NCBI RefSeq assembly: GCF_964194025.1
Contig: NC_134482.1
Span: 15,562,001-15,626,000 of the forward strand
Source of the DNA: Convolutriloba macropyga
Taxonomy: Eukaryota
Length of the DNA stretch: 64,000 nt
Direction of reading: 5' to 3'
The notes under the pieces are model-generated. The model saw only the letters and a program-made list of their open reading frames with translations. It searched no databases and was not told where the DNA came from. Both the position numbers and the translations under genes were made by a program. Shown piece by piece: positions 13,707-27,500 of the stretch (positions within the stretch are counted from its first letter, which is position 1; every line of letters starts with the position of its first letter).

Positions 13707-14403
13707 TCAGTTAGCAACGTAGAAGCCATAACCAAGTAGAACTTAACTTCATAGTTCTTTGTATTGTAATATGTCCCGGAAAGATGAATTGGTAATCATC
13801 GTCTGTTGCTACGAAAAGCCAAAAGCCGCCACTAATTGAGTATCTGCGCGCGCATTTGCATGTTTATACAACTTCATTATAAGCTTTTGAGTTGTCATTT
13901 TGATTTTTAAACATTTGCTCGCTTTGCAACTGAAAGGGACATTTTATTACTGAACGGCAGGAACCAAGCGTCCAATGACAATTGCTGTGCTTCACTATTT
14001 GCGTTTAGTGCTTTTGAACTTGTGGTGCGTTTGATTGTTTTTGAATCAGCTGTGATATAGTTTTGTTGTAAGCTTTCTGTGATGTGAGCTTGTTTAAAGC
14101 TGCCAAAGTGCAATAACTTGTCTATACTGTCTTTTCTTAATTTATCACCAGTGTTGAGTCGTTTTAATAGCGATAAATGCAGGCATGTGAGAATTCTGGC
14201 CTCATGAACAGTCGTTCTGGTCGAAATTAAGTGGGGTACTATCCAACTAGATCCTGGGTCATCCTGAAATCCCTGGATCAGTGATTTTTACGAAAAATAG
14301 ATATATAGAGAGAAGTGTTATCAAGTCAAAAGTTGAAAACTTGGGCATAGGGCCTGATAGACTTATATCTGTAATTCGAGACCGCATGCAATCCACCAAG
14401 CAT

Positions 14404-15170
14404 TTGTTGTTGTTGTTGTTGGTTGAGAATTTCGGCAAAGGAATCGCTCCCTGTATTTGACCATATCAGATTGCTGCTTGTCTGTTGTCTCTGCAGTTTG
14501 GGCAGTCACACATGATTCTCCAGGTGCACGGCATCAGTTCATTGAAGTTGGCCATGAAAATTTGGGTGAAATATCTGATTAGTGCCATCTTTAGTCCACG
14601 TGGTTCTTGGATGTCAATGCACGGTGGTAGTCCATTGGCTAGTCGAAGTGTCCTGCAAACAAAGCTGGAGCGAGCAAACTGTGATTTGAAGTGAGGTACG
14701 TGGAAAGTGGGACCGATTCTTCTTGAGTTCTCATTTACCAAGCACAGTTTCCCTAACTCCGATTCAGAAAAAGACGTTGTAATTCTGGAGAGCATAAGAT
14801 CTTGTATCTGCAAAAACATTGGCAGGGGTAAAAGATTTAGTTGGCATAGACGGCTTTTGTAATCGCTGGAATATTTATTGGTTATCCATTTGGTGACTTG
14901 TCTTTGCAAATTTTCCAAAAGACGCGAGTTTTTCATGCTTGCCCACCAACATGTGGACCCGAAAGTAATTATTGGAAGGATAAGCGATTTGTAGAGGCAA
15001 AGTTTGGTTTTCATTGAGGTCTTCGGGGAAACGTTTCTTTTTATCATCCATAAAACTGACATCGCTTTTTTGATTTTTGTTTCGATATGCATGTTCCATG
15101 TAAGGCTCTGACTGAAGTATACACCAAGATCTCGGACATTTGCTTTTGATTGTATACCAACAGACATCGC
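14404..15170 (-). mobile_element. 5'-truncated CR1/L2-group LINE (C-terminal ORF2 fragment, 233 aa) with (CAA)n tail
   Basis: VRDLGVYFSQSLTWNMHI, LYKSLILPIITFGSTCW, LENLQRQVTKWI, DYKSRLCQLNLLPL, terminal CTWRIMCDCPNC. (TTG)n at 14404-14421 just past the stop. Confidence 0.88.
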
Positions 15171-15937
15171 TGCTTCTTATGGCTATCGGTTCTATATATT
15201 TTTGGTGTAGCTGAGTGAAGTTTTGTTTTTGGTTGTATAAATTTAGTTTATTTGGTGTTTTTTAATCCATTCGGTTGTTTATCGTGTAATTGTTGAAGAG
15301 ATTTTGATGTTCGCCATTGCTTTGGGTTGCGTCTGAAGATTGCGTGCAATGTTAACAAACGGACTTCGACGAAACTAATTCATAATGTTTATTGTTATGT
15401 ATAAAGGTTTGGAATTGAATCATTTTTTCATGGTAGCAAAATATTTGTAACGCAAATCTCACGAAAGGTTTGGACCGTTGCCGAGGAACCAATATTGGGC
15501 GAAGAGTCGCTGTTATTTCACAGTTAGTAAAGTTTTATTATTTTGGATCAGCGTTTCACTATTCAGCCGAAAATCTCTGGCACCCAATCAAGTATTAAGT
15601 TTTTTTGGTCCAATTTTGTAAACCAGAAAGTTACCAAGCGATTTTTCGGGGAGCTAATGAGGTATAAAGTTTTGAACCTTTAAGTTTTTTTAGTTCCTTT
15701 TTAGGAGAATTTTTAATTGCTCTCGAACGAATTTCATAGCAATTAATGTGAACGTGTTGGTTTTTATGCAAATTTTTCGCGTGACCGTTTTTGCGTTTTT
15801 CTTCTAGAACATTCTTTGACTTCTCAAGTGACTTTTTTCATGCTTTCGTTCTTAATTTTTGATTGATCTCTATTGCTCTCACTCCGAAGTAAAGCTTGTT
15901 GCTAAAATAAAATCGATTGCAGCATAGCAACAATGCG

Positions 15938-16019
15938 GGCCTGGTAGCCAAGTGGGCAGTGCTTTTGGCGAGGGATCGGGAGGTCCTTGGTTCGAATCCG
16001 GCGTGGGCAACTAGTTTTT
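15938..16019 (+). mobile_element. tRNA-derived Pol III (SINE-like) module; not a functional tRNA
   Basis: A-box TGGTAGCCAAGTGG, B-box GGTTCGAATCC (15989-15999), T5 terminator; acceptor and anticodon stems do not pair. Confidence 0.7.
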
Positions 16020-18778
16020 GCACCCATAAAGAATTTTATTTAGGCTACAGCCCTTGAATTAAATTGCATCGGCTGTGGTTCGAGAACAATGCTTCCAAAA
16101 TTAGCCGGTTTATGTTTATCCTTTTACGCTTATGGTTACAATGATATGCTGAGCTTAGGTATTATTGCTTGTTTATTTTTATAATAGCATTACATATTTA
16201 TTTTTAATAATAATACTTATTTATTTTTATAATATCTGGTAATCATAGTTACTCAAGGTTTTCATGTTTAGTAGCTGTCATCAAAAGTAGAAAGTGAAAA
16301 CGGAAATCTAATTCCAACATATGAAAAAAATTTGCGAGAATATGCTCAAATGCGAAGTTTCTGACTCCAATCTGGCAGCAAATTTTTATGCTCTGAAATG
16401 GCTCGTTTTTTGCTGTCTTTTCTTCTCCGTTATTGCTGAAATCACCTTTCCTCTTTGACTTCTCATTGACATCATAAAGTCGAAAGAAGTGTGAAGGGAA
16501 CATAAATCAAAGACAGCGCCACAGTACATTTCAAATCTTTCGGATTGCATAGAAGGGCATTGTTCGATCAATAATAGTTTGCTATCGCTTCGCGGCTATT
16601 CAAATTTAATTTAGACTTTTCTTACTAAGAAGCTAAACTGTGAAATAACTTTTCGCTTCGACAGGTCTGTTTTGCTGTGGTGGTCTTCAAACAAGAATAT
16701 GATGAAATGCGGGCCGAACATTTAATGCGCACGCGCTTTACCGAATCTCCCTTTTTTTCGTTATATTTTCAACTAGGCAGCTTTGAGGGACATAACTAAC
16801 TCCAGAAAAAGACGGTTTAACGAGTCAACTAAGAAACATACATTAACGAGGCAGGCCTGCTATCTAATCGAAAGTGTGACCGGATGAGCCAGCACGACTA
16901 ATGTTGTTCTTCTGCCAGATGTGTTTCTGACAAAAATTATGAAGCGGGGCTGAGGGCTCATTCTGAACATCACCCAATGTCAGTAAAACAAACCACTAGT
17001 AGTGTCAAACGGCGGTTGGAATACAATCAATATCGAGCGTAAAGCATCGAATCGTTTCTCGGTATATTAGTGATACAATTTTATTTCCTCGTTTGACACG
17101 ACTCTCATTCAGTCAGTTCTGACTCATATTGGGTCTCGCTCGAGTGATTGCAGGATCAAACTACCCTCTCGTTTAAACAAATTCGTTAGAGCAACTTAGT
17201 TCAAGTGATGAGGACTTCACATTTTTGTTTGAGTCTGCGGGTCAAATTAAACAGAATCGAAAGAAGGCAAATCAAACCGTGTGATATGTTTTATACAGCA
17301 ATTTTTGACGTTTTCAGCGAAATTTGAAGCGCCATATGATTTTTTCCGCGCGATGTAAATTGGAGCCATTTCGAAGTTTTACGAGAGTTGAACTCGGTTG
17401 TAGGCACGTTCAAAATTGCATCAAAATAAGAGCAGTTGTTTTAACTAGGGAGAACATGGAGGCGTCTATTATTTTCCACATTATTCATACACGAGTCTCT
17501 AATTTCCTGCTTTTATAGGTTTCAGTAAATTGATTTTATGTAATCTGGGGAGACGTCACTTGTTCTTTTAAGTGTAATTTGCCTGATAGCAGACGTTTGC
17601 GTCAGGCGGAGTAATGCCTGAGCGTAGCTTTAATAGGGGTTTACGAAGCCGAAAATGAGCTGTCGTTTTTACTTAATGCTTTTTATTAACGCGCGCGAAA
17701 TAGAATGCAACAATTTTAATAATCAGAGTCGCCCTGTTGGGGGGAGAAGGGGGTCTTTTACACATCTAAACAGCGAATTTTTATGGTTTTTAAAACTCGT
17801 TTTTTGTCACATTTCAAAATATGGATAGAGATAGTGAAGAGTTTAATTTAGGACGATAGTCTCAGCAATTTTCCCCCCAAATTTTAGCATAATATAAATC
17901 GGGTCTTGTGCTCTTGATTGTTCATGGTAGTTTTAGTGGCCAACGAGAACCTATTTCCAAATTAGATAAGACCAAAACAGGTTAAAGCTAGTTGCACTCT
18001 ATTAATCATACAGCTTCCACCCTGCGAAGTTCCCGACAGTACTTTCTCGGTTCTATAAATTTTCTAGATCTTGTGACCTGAATTCTTTCCGGGCAAAGAC
18101 AAGCACTAAACTCTGTTTTAACTTCAGTTTAGAGCGACATTTCAGCTGAAATTGGTTAGCTAACCCCACGTAATTCTAGTTATTATTATTCTAGGAATGT
18201 CATTGTAGCTTAAGCGATTGGAAACACGTTTTCCAAAAGTTACTGAGTTAGATTTGAATCATTCTCAAATTTCTTTTCGAGTACAGTCGCAACAAAGTGG
18301 GTCTCGAATTTCTTCAGAGCTGGAATTTTGTGCGCTGATAAGAGTTACTGGGGAAAAGCAAGCGTGTTAAAACTGTTTATGGCAAGCTTGGCTTCAATTC
18401 CTTGTAAGTTTGGGCAAAACTGAACTAGTGATTTCGAGAACTACCCACAATAAACGTCTTGCCTTAAACCCTCTTCGTCTCAAAACTTAATCGTGTTTAA
18501 GTTTACAATTGCTCCTAACGGTGCACTGTAACATTTATTCACTATTTGAACTAGATTTCATTTGAATTCAAGTCGCTTCAGAAAAATTGAGCTATGGGTT
18601 GAACTAAGAACAGTTTTGCCATTTTTGGATCCAGGAATCTTAAGCATTCCTTTGCTGATTTGACCACCCCGCTACTAACCACAAAATAACCCTATTTTTG
18701 ATTAGTTTTTTAACCCTTATTAGTACCAACACAAGAGGTAACCGCATGGACTGCTGAAATGGCAGTTGACGTCAACTT

Positions 18779-18794
18779 ATGGACGCTTGCCCAG
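18779..18794 (+). CDS. Putative first coding exon of an uncharacterised gene (MDACP)
   Basis: ATG GAC GCT TGC CCA G|GTAAGT; phase 1 matches the acceptor at 20237. Confidence 0.55.
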
Positions 18795-19689
18795 GTAAGT
18801 CGGATACTTTATTTTGTTATTCAATCACATCCCAATTTGCGGAATAATGACGAATCGCATTATTTAAATTCCCTAGTTAGACGTATTTTCCAACAATCTT
18901 GGTTAAAAGGAAATTTTTAGTTCAAATGAACAAATCAATTAATCTTCTGGGATGATTTTGATCGTTCAACCCTCGCAATCACGAATTAATTATCAACTGT
19001 TTGTTGTTAGAATGTTTGTTTAGAGAAAACAAGCTAATGTAAATTGTGCATAAGAATAGCTTGACATATCTTGACACGGAATGTATAGTGAAAAATTTGC
19101 TAAAAATGACAATGCATTAGCTAGGCTCAAAACGTAAAAGTTGCGAACAGCGTCTACTGATAAAGAGACAGAACTTAAAAAAGTTTCAAAATGATCTGAC
19201 TCAAAAACTGGGACGCTGATCGAGAAGTATCAAAATTTCGTGAAAATTCTAATGAAACAATTTATCTGTGGTCTTTAGAAATTATAGAAATGGTACTCAA
19301 TCTTTTTCTTCTAAGTACGTTTTTTTTGGAAAAAAACCCCCGAAATTCAACGCTAAAAACCGCGAGAGATATTAAGGATTTGATTTCGGAATGAGTTTTT
19401 TGGCATTCACTTCAATACAAAAGTTCCTTTAGAAAAATAATCAGTATTTTGCAGCTCCTTGTTTCTAACCTCAATGGTTTGAAACCTCAAAAAATTGACT
19501 TGCTTGGATTAATTGAATCCAAAAACTGGATTTTCGTGAAATCGAGAAACACTGGATAGCCACTACTTCGCCGTATAAAGTTTGCGATAAATTTCGATCT
19601 AAATGAGCTGTTTTAAAAGTTAAAACACCAAAAGAGGTTTCCGAGCTGTTTGTTATTTTTGGAATTGCAGAAAATAGTTAGACTGACCC

Positions 19690-20080
19690 TTTAAACTTTT
19701 CATCCTCAAAAACGGGATGAAGAACAGATAAAGCCTGGAGGGTCTTAAGTGGCTGAGCAGCTTTCTGAAAGCCTTACTAGTCTCTAAGTATTCGATTCAC
19801 CAAAACTGTTTTGAGGAGACACTCATGGTTAGAAGGGTGGTTCTTAAGCTTAGAAGTTTGAACCCCCCCTCAGTCCCCCCCCCGCCCACCCCCAACACCC
19901 CCGTCCACCTGGCGATTTATACCCCCCTCTACCAGCCCTTCCTACTTCACCCTCCCTCCCCCCCCCCCCCCCACAATGTTAGCATCCATAAACCTTAGCT
20001 GGCTACTACGAACGCCAACCACTCACCGGTCGCTTGACAGCAGTTTGCCCGAAGTTAGTCGGTTATGTTTACTATTTTTT
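19690..20080 (+). repeat. Short copy of the composite interspersed repeat, with poly-C tract, in intron 1
   Basis: TTTTCATCCTCAAAAACGGGAT and GTTAGTCGGTTATGTTT blocks shared with the 25180/27910/31700 and 26940/33570 regions; C-tracts at 19863-19972. Confidence 0.75.
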
Positions 20081-20237
20081 TCAGTATTTCAAACTGAATT
20101 TTTAGGTCATATCTGCCCATACTTGAAAAGAGAAAATAACTTGAATCAAGAGAGCGATTTTAGTGAATTTATTGGCAAATTTGCATAAAATGATTGTTCT
20201 TTAAGCTTTGAGCTATAATTGCCAATTGCCTTTTCAG

Positions 20238-21667
20238 ATTTCGTATCGCCCATAGAGCAACACTGGAACGAAGCAGCCGCTCTTCGGGACTCAAGAACCA
20301 GATCTTATCTCCACTCATCCTCAACTAACTATGACTACGATTCGGGGACGGCTTCTCAGGTCTTGCTCCGACGACACCGAATCAGATCAAACGCTGAACG
20401 GGACAAACTGTCGTCACAGAGTAGTTCACGGCCATCATCTTTAGTCCAGGAGCTGCCAACTCGAACCAGAAGGCGAAGTCAAAATGGCACCCCGAACCCT
20501 GCTAACCTCACCCTTACATCAGTTAACCGAGATATACCGATTGTGCGAGAGAGTAGGCGACCTCAGGATGACTTTATCCGGGTTCCGGTTGCTTCAAACC
20601 CCCCAGTATGCATGGCACCGCCCGACATTTTACCAATTTACGAACAGAAACAGCTGTTCGCAGCAGCTGCGATCAATTCCAGACTTACGTCATCATATAC
20701 CAATCCTAACTCTTCGCCTCTTTTGAACTCGAGGTCGACTTTTTCTAACCCTAACCGGAGTTCAAACCTGCATGAACTAACCAGACTCGTATCAGCTCAA
20801 CAATCTCAAGGAGGTCGGCAGGTAACCCCGTCGGGCGGAGCTCACGGATCGATTGGGAACCCAATAACAAGTACTCATAGTACTTTAAGATCGAGCAGAA
20901 CCTCCTTGACTGGAGGAACCAGTGCGTCTAGCATCAATTCTCTCTTGAGCACAGTCGAACGTTCGCCATCAATATCAAGAAGAAACAGCGACAAACCAGT
21001 AAAGCGAATTGAGTGCAAACCAAATCCGGACCAAATTGATCCGACCATCTCAAATGTTAAGGATTTCAAACCGGTTGCACAAAGAAATACGCCTATAGTC
21101 GCTAGAAGAACGGCTCCAATTATATCTCGTCAGCCGAGCAATTTTCAGCAGAAAATTTCGTTGAAGTCACATCTTGCGAGTGCAGCTGGGGGGCCTCGAG
21201 AGATCTTCGAACACGGAGCCCGCGGATACAATTTCAGATCTGTGCTGTCCCCAAAACCGTATCCTGTGATCTTCGATTCGGACTCGGCGTCTACTATTTC
21301 AGACGAGTTTTACGTGCCGTTTAAAAGCGCAGGCAATTTCTACATTCAAAGTGGAGGTTCAAAATCGTCATCGCGAGCATCATCTGTTACAAAACGATTC
21401 ATAAGAAGCCAGGATGTCACAATCGGAGCGTTGAGTAATGAATGCAGTCTTGAATTTAGGATTCCCAAGTTTTATTCCAAAGAGGTCGCTGATTGGTCAA
21501 TTTCATCATCAGTCCGACAGAACAGAAAGTGTTGTTCAGTCACACGAGCACCAATTGCAGTTTGGGGTTGCAAGGTGGCCCAGCATGCGTGCGAAGGTCG
21601 GAGCGAAGAAGTCCTTTTGGAAGACGTCGATTCTATGATTGTTCCTCCAAGACGATTTTTCGCTAAG
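20238..21667 (+). CDS. Large exon of an uncharacterised Ser/Arg/Pro-rich protein
   Basis: 499-codon ORF with higher GC; TTTTCAG acceptor ends at 20237; donor AAG|GTCAGA, phase 0. Confidence 0.8.
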
Positions 21668-21968
21668 GTCAGAAAAATTCTAATTGAGATTTTGTGGTGT
21701 AAAAGGAGGCTTGTATAAATTGAATTCAGCATCTTTTTTGATATTTGGTAACTTGAGATAGAAATTTTTAAATTATAATGGGAAAATGTTTAAAAGTAAT
21801 CAATTGCGTGCATTGTAAAGTAAATCGAAAATTGTAGCTATGATAGAAATTTTTCGATAGAAAAATAACTCGTTGAATTACTAGACCGAATAGTTGAATT
21901 AATCTGGTAAGTAATAATGGTTTGCTCAATTTTGTTGAACTGATCCAAATTACATGATGAGTTTTCAG

Positions 21969-22157
21969 GTCCATTTCTTGAGTGACGTTTCTGTGAACAA
22001 CCACAAACATCAGTTCGCTGAATGGGTTGCACAAAAAGAGGTGACAGTGTGTGAGTCAAAATATTTTCAAGAGACCAATTTAGACTATGGATCCTCATGT
22101 TCCTCTTCAGGCGAAGTTGAGGATATCTTGGAAGAATACCACCACGATACAGCCCAG
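21969..22157 (+). CDS. Exon 3 of the same gene
   Basis: TTTTCAG acceptor, 63 open codons, CAG|GTATTG donor, phase 0/0. Confidence 0.75.
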
Positions 22158-22385
22158 GTATTGATTGACTTCAAAAAGTAACAAAATTTGAGATGGCGGT
22201 TTTTTTATGAAACGAGAAGAATTGGTTTTGAGCACTTGTCCCAATACAGGTCTGAGGTGCTCTCAAAAACAGTTTCAACACAAATAGTATTTTAAATTTT
22301 TTATGACATGGGAACAAAAAGAAATGAAAGAATTAAAATTACCTCTTCAAAGCTTTCATTTTTAAGAGTTTGTTTTTTTTTGCAG

Positions 22386-22549
22386 GGAGATGATTTTTCC
22401 TCTGAAGATGTTTTTGGAACAAGTGATGAGAAAGAGACGGAACCAGAGGTTGAATTGCAGGTGGATCTGCCAGCCTCCAGTTCTGATGAGTTCAGATTGG
22501 AAGAGACAGGAGGGAGCGATGATGTTCTGTCAACACACAAAGATGATGA
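22386..22549 (+). CDS. Exon 4 of the same gene (acidic)
   Basis: T-tract-GCAG acceptor, GDDFSSEDVFG...KDD, GA|GTTAGT donor, phase 0/2. Confidence 0.75.
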
Positions 22550-22929
22550 GTTAGTAAGGCATTTGATAAAGGGCATGAAAAGAAATTAATTTCACACGAT
22601 GAAAGGGAAATAGAATCTAAATCAGGTTATTTTTCTACTTGGAGTCTAATTTTTCGGCTAAAAGTTGACTTCACAACTATAATGGGTATATTGGTTCTTT
22701 AATAACGTTTTTTAGGGGGAATAGTTATATGTGTATACTATAATTGTTGGGGGTTGGGGGTCACAAAAGCAAAAGCAAAGGTTGCACCAGAAAAGTTATA
22801 ACTTAACCAGTAATTCGGGAATTCTTACTCTTTTTTTTACAAAAATATCCGATGAGATCTTTAAATATTTCTTGCCAGATCATGGACGATCCAAAATCCA
22901 GAATCACTGGGGTTTGCTTTGTATTACAG

Positions 22930-23239
22930 CTTCAATAGTGTTCTGGTGATGCAATTGTTCAACTTGATCGGCCGGCTGACGGACGAAATGAAACAGCTGG
23001 AAAGCGACTGTGTAGAAATGAGAGCAGAATTGGCAGAACTCAAACAGAAGTCGGAGGAACAAATGAGCAGTCATCACAGTGTGACGTCATCAACTGATGA
23101 CCACAATCTGCATTTGTGTCAGAAGTGCAGTGCTCCTATTCAAGTTGCTGTAAGCTCTGAACCCCAGAGAAATCATAGAGCAGCAGGATTGAGGGATCAA
23201 CACGCTGAGATGAAGTCGATTGTGTCAAAGTTGACAACA
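22930..23239 (+). CDS. Exon 5 of the same gene (coiled coil); gene continues 3'
   Basis: TTACAG acceptor in phase 2; LIGRLTDEMKQLESDCVEMRAELAELKQK heptads; ACA|GTAAGT donor, phase 0; no in-exon stop. Confidence 0.75.
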
Positions 23240-24585
23240 GTAAGTTTGCTGTTAAATTGACAGAATTACAAAGTTTGAAAAGTAGCTCTACAGAAATAGT
23301 AGTCGTTTTGCTTGGAGTGAATGCTTTTGAACTCAGGATGCTGAATACTTCGCGACGTATTTGTTCCTAAACGATGCTTTGAACGTGACCTAGTGATTTT
23401 TATCTTCAAAAAGACACAAATTGTCAGCTGGAAAAGACACCACGGAATAACATTGCCTTTTAGTGTTCTCTTGGATTGAAAACGATAACTTGCAATAAAC
23501 TAATATTTATCTGTGACCAAAAGATCTGTACCCTAAAAACAATTTATAAATAGCCGCAAAGGAAATATGAGGCCATTATTGGCCTTCTTTGTTTACAACT
23601 TAGTGTTTTTGAATTTTATTAGGGCGCTGTCTTTTTACGACTCGAAGAGGAGTGTTCGAGAAGTGTCTTTTAAAAAGTTGCAGTCAGGCTCTCAACGACC
23701 AGTATTTAGGGTGTTCTTTTTCTACAATTCAGCAGAAATTGCATTGTATTGTCACGCTGTTTTTTTCAAGATCTGTTCGCACCATATTCATGATTTTGAA
23801 GTCAAATTGAAGTGATGATTTTGGTCATCCCGAAACAGGACATGGAACGAAAAGCGAAGCGAGTGTTTTTGTGAGTTTTTTCGATTCACAATCTTTTCAT
23901 GGTCCAACCTCTTCTTTCAGAGCCTTTTCTTTAGTGCTTAGAAATCTTTGAATTGTGGGTCAGGACTTCTATGTAGGTCGTCCTGCTGTTTTTTTTCATT
24001 CGCGCTACTTTTTATGACATTTATCCTATTACCTCTTTCTGTTTCAGCTGAATTCATTTTGATGTTTTTTCACTCTTTGAATTACGCAATCTGTTGATTA
24101 CGGTCAAAAGAGCAAAATCAAAAGAGACGAGATAAACCGATAAAGCCCGGTCGTTAAGCCATTGGACATTAGGTTATCAAAGGTCATTAATGCGAATACT
24201 AATTGGCAAATATTATTCAGCTTAATAGCGTTCAGCTTAGAAGCTGAATTAAGTATAATTTTAGAATCTAAATGAAACTGCACACCAAATTAAAATACTT
24301 TTTGAAACTTAGAAAAAAATTCTGTCAATCGCTCTCCTTTTTTTCCAGAAAAAAACCCTGTCATTCGCTCTCCTTTTTTTCCCCGTTTCAATCCAGATGT
24401 GCGTTGAGCGCATCAACGGTGGCTCAATTTCATTGGAGTTAATGTTTAAACAGGAAATGAAACCCGCCAAAACTCTTGATCGGTTTCGGTATTGAACAAA
24501 ATTGAAGAGTGGAATGTTTGAAGTGTTTTTAATTTTTTAGTTTAGAGATTTGATGAATAGCCACCTCAGCTTTTTTCTTTCAACG

Positions 24586-27500
24586 TCTTCAGCTTGTTTG
24601 ATTTTTTTTCTGAGTGATTTCACGCTTATCTTTTGATTTTTTTTTCAGTGATTTCATGCTTGACTTTAAAGTTTTTTTGCGAGTGATTTCACGCTTGATT
24701 TTTTTTGCAATCGCGAGCGTTCAGAAATTAAGTCTATTGCTAAAATAAAACTGATTGTGAGAGGAGACGGTTCATAGCCCGTGTAGCATGGTGGTTACTG
24801 TACAGGACGGGCATTCGGGAGGTCGCGGTTGGGAACCCGTCACTAGTTTTTGCATCATAAAAGTTTAGCCTATGTCTCTCCAAATTATTTGCCTCGCCAA
24901 ATAGCAATTCGTCCGAAGTTAGTGGGTTTGTTTTTACACAGGAGCTTGATACCACCAGTAGCAAGAGTATTCTGATGATTTTGACATTTGTTTTTTTATT
25001 AAGAGCCGTCTCAGCTTCTCAGCTGGCTATTATAGCGCTCCTTTTACTTCGTCGAAAAAAAAATTTAGATCACAGCTTATTAATTGCTCTCAAATGAAGT
25101 TTGTAGCAATTATACTAGTCCTGTCGGTCTTTTATGCGATTTTTTGCTCAACCGATTTTTTGTCTGACACTTTTGACTTTTCATCCTCAAAAACGGGATA
25201 AACAGGTAGCGCCCAGCGGGCCTTAAGTGCTCTTAGAGCCTTTCAGCTCTGTTTAGCTATAACCGTTTTGGAGACGTATACTTATGGTGTGAAGGGCAGT
25301 TCCTAGAGGTTGAAGGCGCCCCCATTGTTGACCCCCACACACTATTGCCCCCCACCCCCCTCCTCGGGCTGCTGCCCCACACCCTCACCGGGCTGTTGCC
25401 CCCCACCCGACTGTTGCCCACCCCTCCCTCCCAATCAGCCCCCCTCCCCCCGGCTACTGACGAACAACTGATCTGTCGATACTAATTTTTACAATTTTTT
25501 TGCTTTTTGAAAATTTTTGTAATTTTTTGAGTTCTTTCAGCCCTAGGTGTCAAGGATCCTCCTCTAGAGTTTTATGAAATCTAACTGCATAGTTTCTAGT
25601 GGTAGTGGAATGGTTTAAACAGTTTAACATTACGAATTTTATCGTTTGTTTGACAAAACGTGCAAATTTTTTCATTGACATTTTTTTTCATTTTTCAGGT
25701 CTTTCCAGACGCAGGGCCGGAAAACGTGTCCTTAGGCGTTTGATAATAAGTTACTGAAATTTTTTTTTGCCATGGAATAGCTTTCAATTTTTTAAAACGA
25801 AAAATTTTACCATTTTTTTCATAAAACTTGCAATTCAAGTTTTTTGGAAATTGTTGTTGGTTTTTGGATTTCTAGCCGCAAGATCCCAGAAACCTCCTAT
25901 AGGGTTTTACAATATGTTACTGTATACTTTGTAAATGTCATGGAATGTTTTTCAAGATTTCAACACCACGAATTTTAGCATTTGTGAAAAACTTTCAATT
26001 TTTCATTTTTTTAAGTTTCTTGTCATCATTCAGGTTTTTCAGCCGAAAAAAGAATCTCCGTTAGGATTTGATAATAAAGTTTCTGGAAAATGTTTTTGGC
26101 AATGGATTAGTTTTCAACTTTTATCACAAAGTTTAGCAGTTTTTAATGCAATTTGCGATTTTCAAGTTTTTTGAAATTTTGTCATATTTTAGGTAACTCC
26201 AGCCTCAAGAGCCTCTAGGGTTTGATTATAGGTTAATGCATAGCTTCTAGATCTAATGGAATGTTTTAAAGATTTTAATATCAAAAATTTTTAAATCGTT
26301 TTAATCTTTTTGAATTTTTTATAATTTTTTCCGGCACCAGGTACCTAGGGACCCGCTCCAAGGTTTGATAATAAACTGCAGATTAGTTTCTACAGTTATT
26401 GAAATTGTTATCAATATTTTATTGACTCCAGCTTTAGCAATTTTTTATTGTAGTTTAATTTTTTTCCAAATTTTCGGAAAATTATTATCAGAGTTTATGA
26501 ATCTTTACGAACCAGTGAAATTATTTAAAGCTTGAAAAAGGCATACCGGATAGTCTTTTGAGACAATGAAATGGTTTTGAAGATTTTAATATCTTGAATT
26601 TTAGCAAGATTTTGTTAAAATTTGCGACCGTTTTTAAAATTTTTGATTATTTTGACCTTTTTTGAGTTCAACGTTCATTTCGGGCCCACGAAGCTTTTCA
26701 AGTCTTGCCGACGGGTTACCTGACATAACTCCGAAGACTAAAAATAGTTTTGAACATTTTCATTGCGAATTTTGAAAGCTTTTCTTTTAAATTTTGCAAT
26801 ATTTTTCAAAATTTTAAAATATCAGTTTTTTATTTGATTTTTTTAACAATGCTAGAAAACTAAAAGTTGCAGAGTCGAATCAAGCTAAAGCTACTGACGA
26901 AGCCAACCGCCCGCCGTTCGTTTGAGCGCAATTCGCACGACCTTAGTCAGTTATGTTTCAACATTTTGCGTGATATCTTTTTGACTTTTCTAGGGAAGTT
27001 TCACTGTTCTTTAATTCTGCTAACAGTGTTTTTAGACAGCAGTTGCTCAGCAAAACAGTTGAGAACCAACAGTCAGTATCAAGAAATTAAATCAAAAATA
27101 GAAATGGGATAAACCCATAAAGCCCAATTTTAGATACCCGTTACTGAAAACTGTTCTTGGTTACCATCTCTAATGCTTATTGGTATTGATACTAGCTCCT
27201 GTGTCTTCTTACTACGAAACAGGAGTAAATTCAGCTTCAAAATGACATAAAAAATGTTTGCACTTAAAAATTTTTTGTGTACAAAAAGGTATTTCATAAT
27301 ACTTTCTTTCTCTTTCAGCTTGTTTCTGATTTTTTTTCTGAGTGATTTCACGCTTAACTTTATATTTTTTTCAGTGATTTCACGCTTGACTTTAAAATTT
27401 GTTCCGAGTGATTTCACGCTTGATTTTTTTTGCACTCGCGAGCATTCAGAAATTAAGTCTATTGCTAAAATAAAACTGATTGTGAGAGGAGACGGTTCAT

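Noticed and set aside
15938-16010. Functional tRNA gene
   Set aside because: The A and B boxes are present but the acceptor and anticodon stems do not pair, and the flanks are shared with repeat copies.
25538-26400. CRISPR-like repeat-spacer array
   Set aside because: Eukaryotic context, degenerate ~165-bp tandem units without unique spacers, no cas genes.
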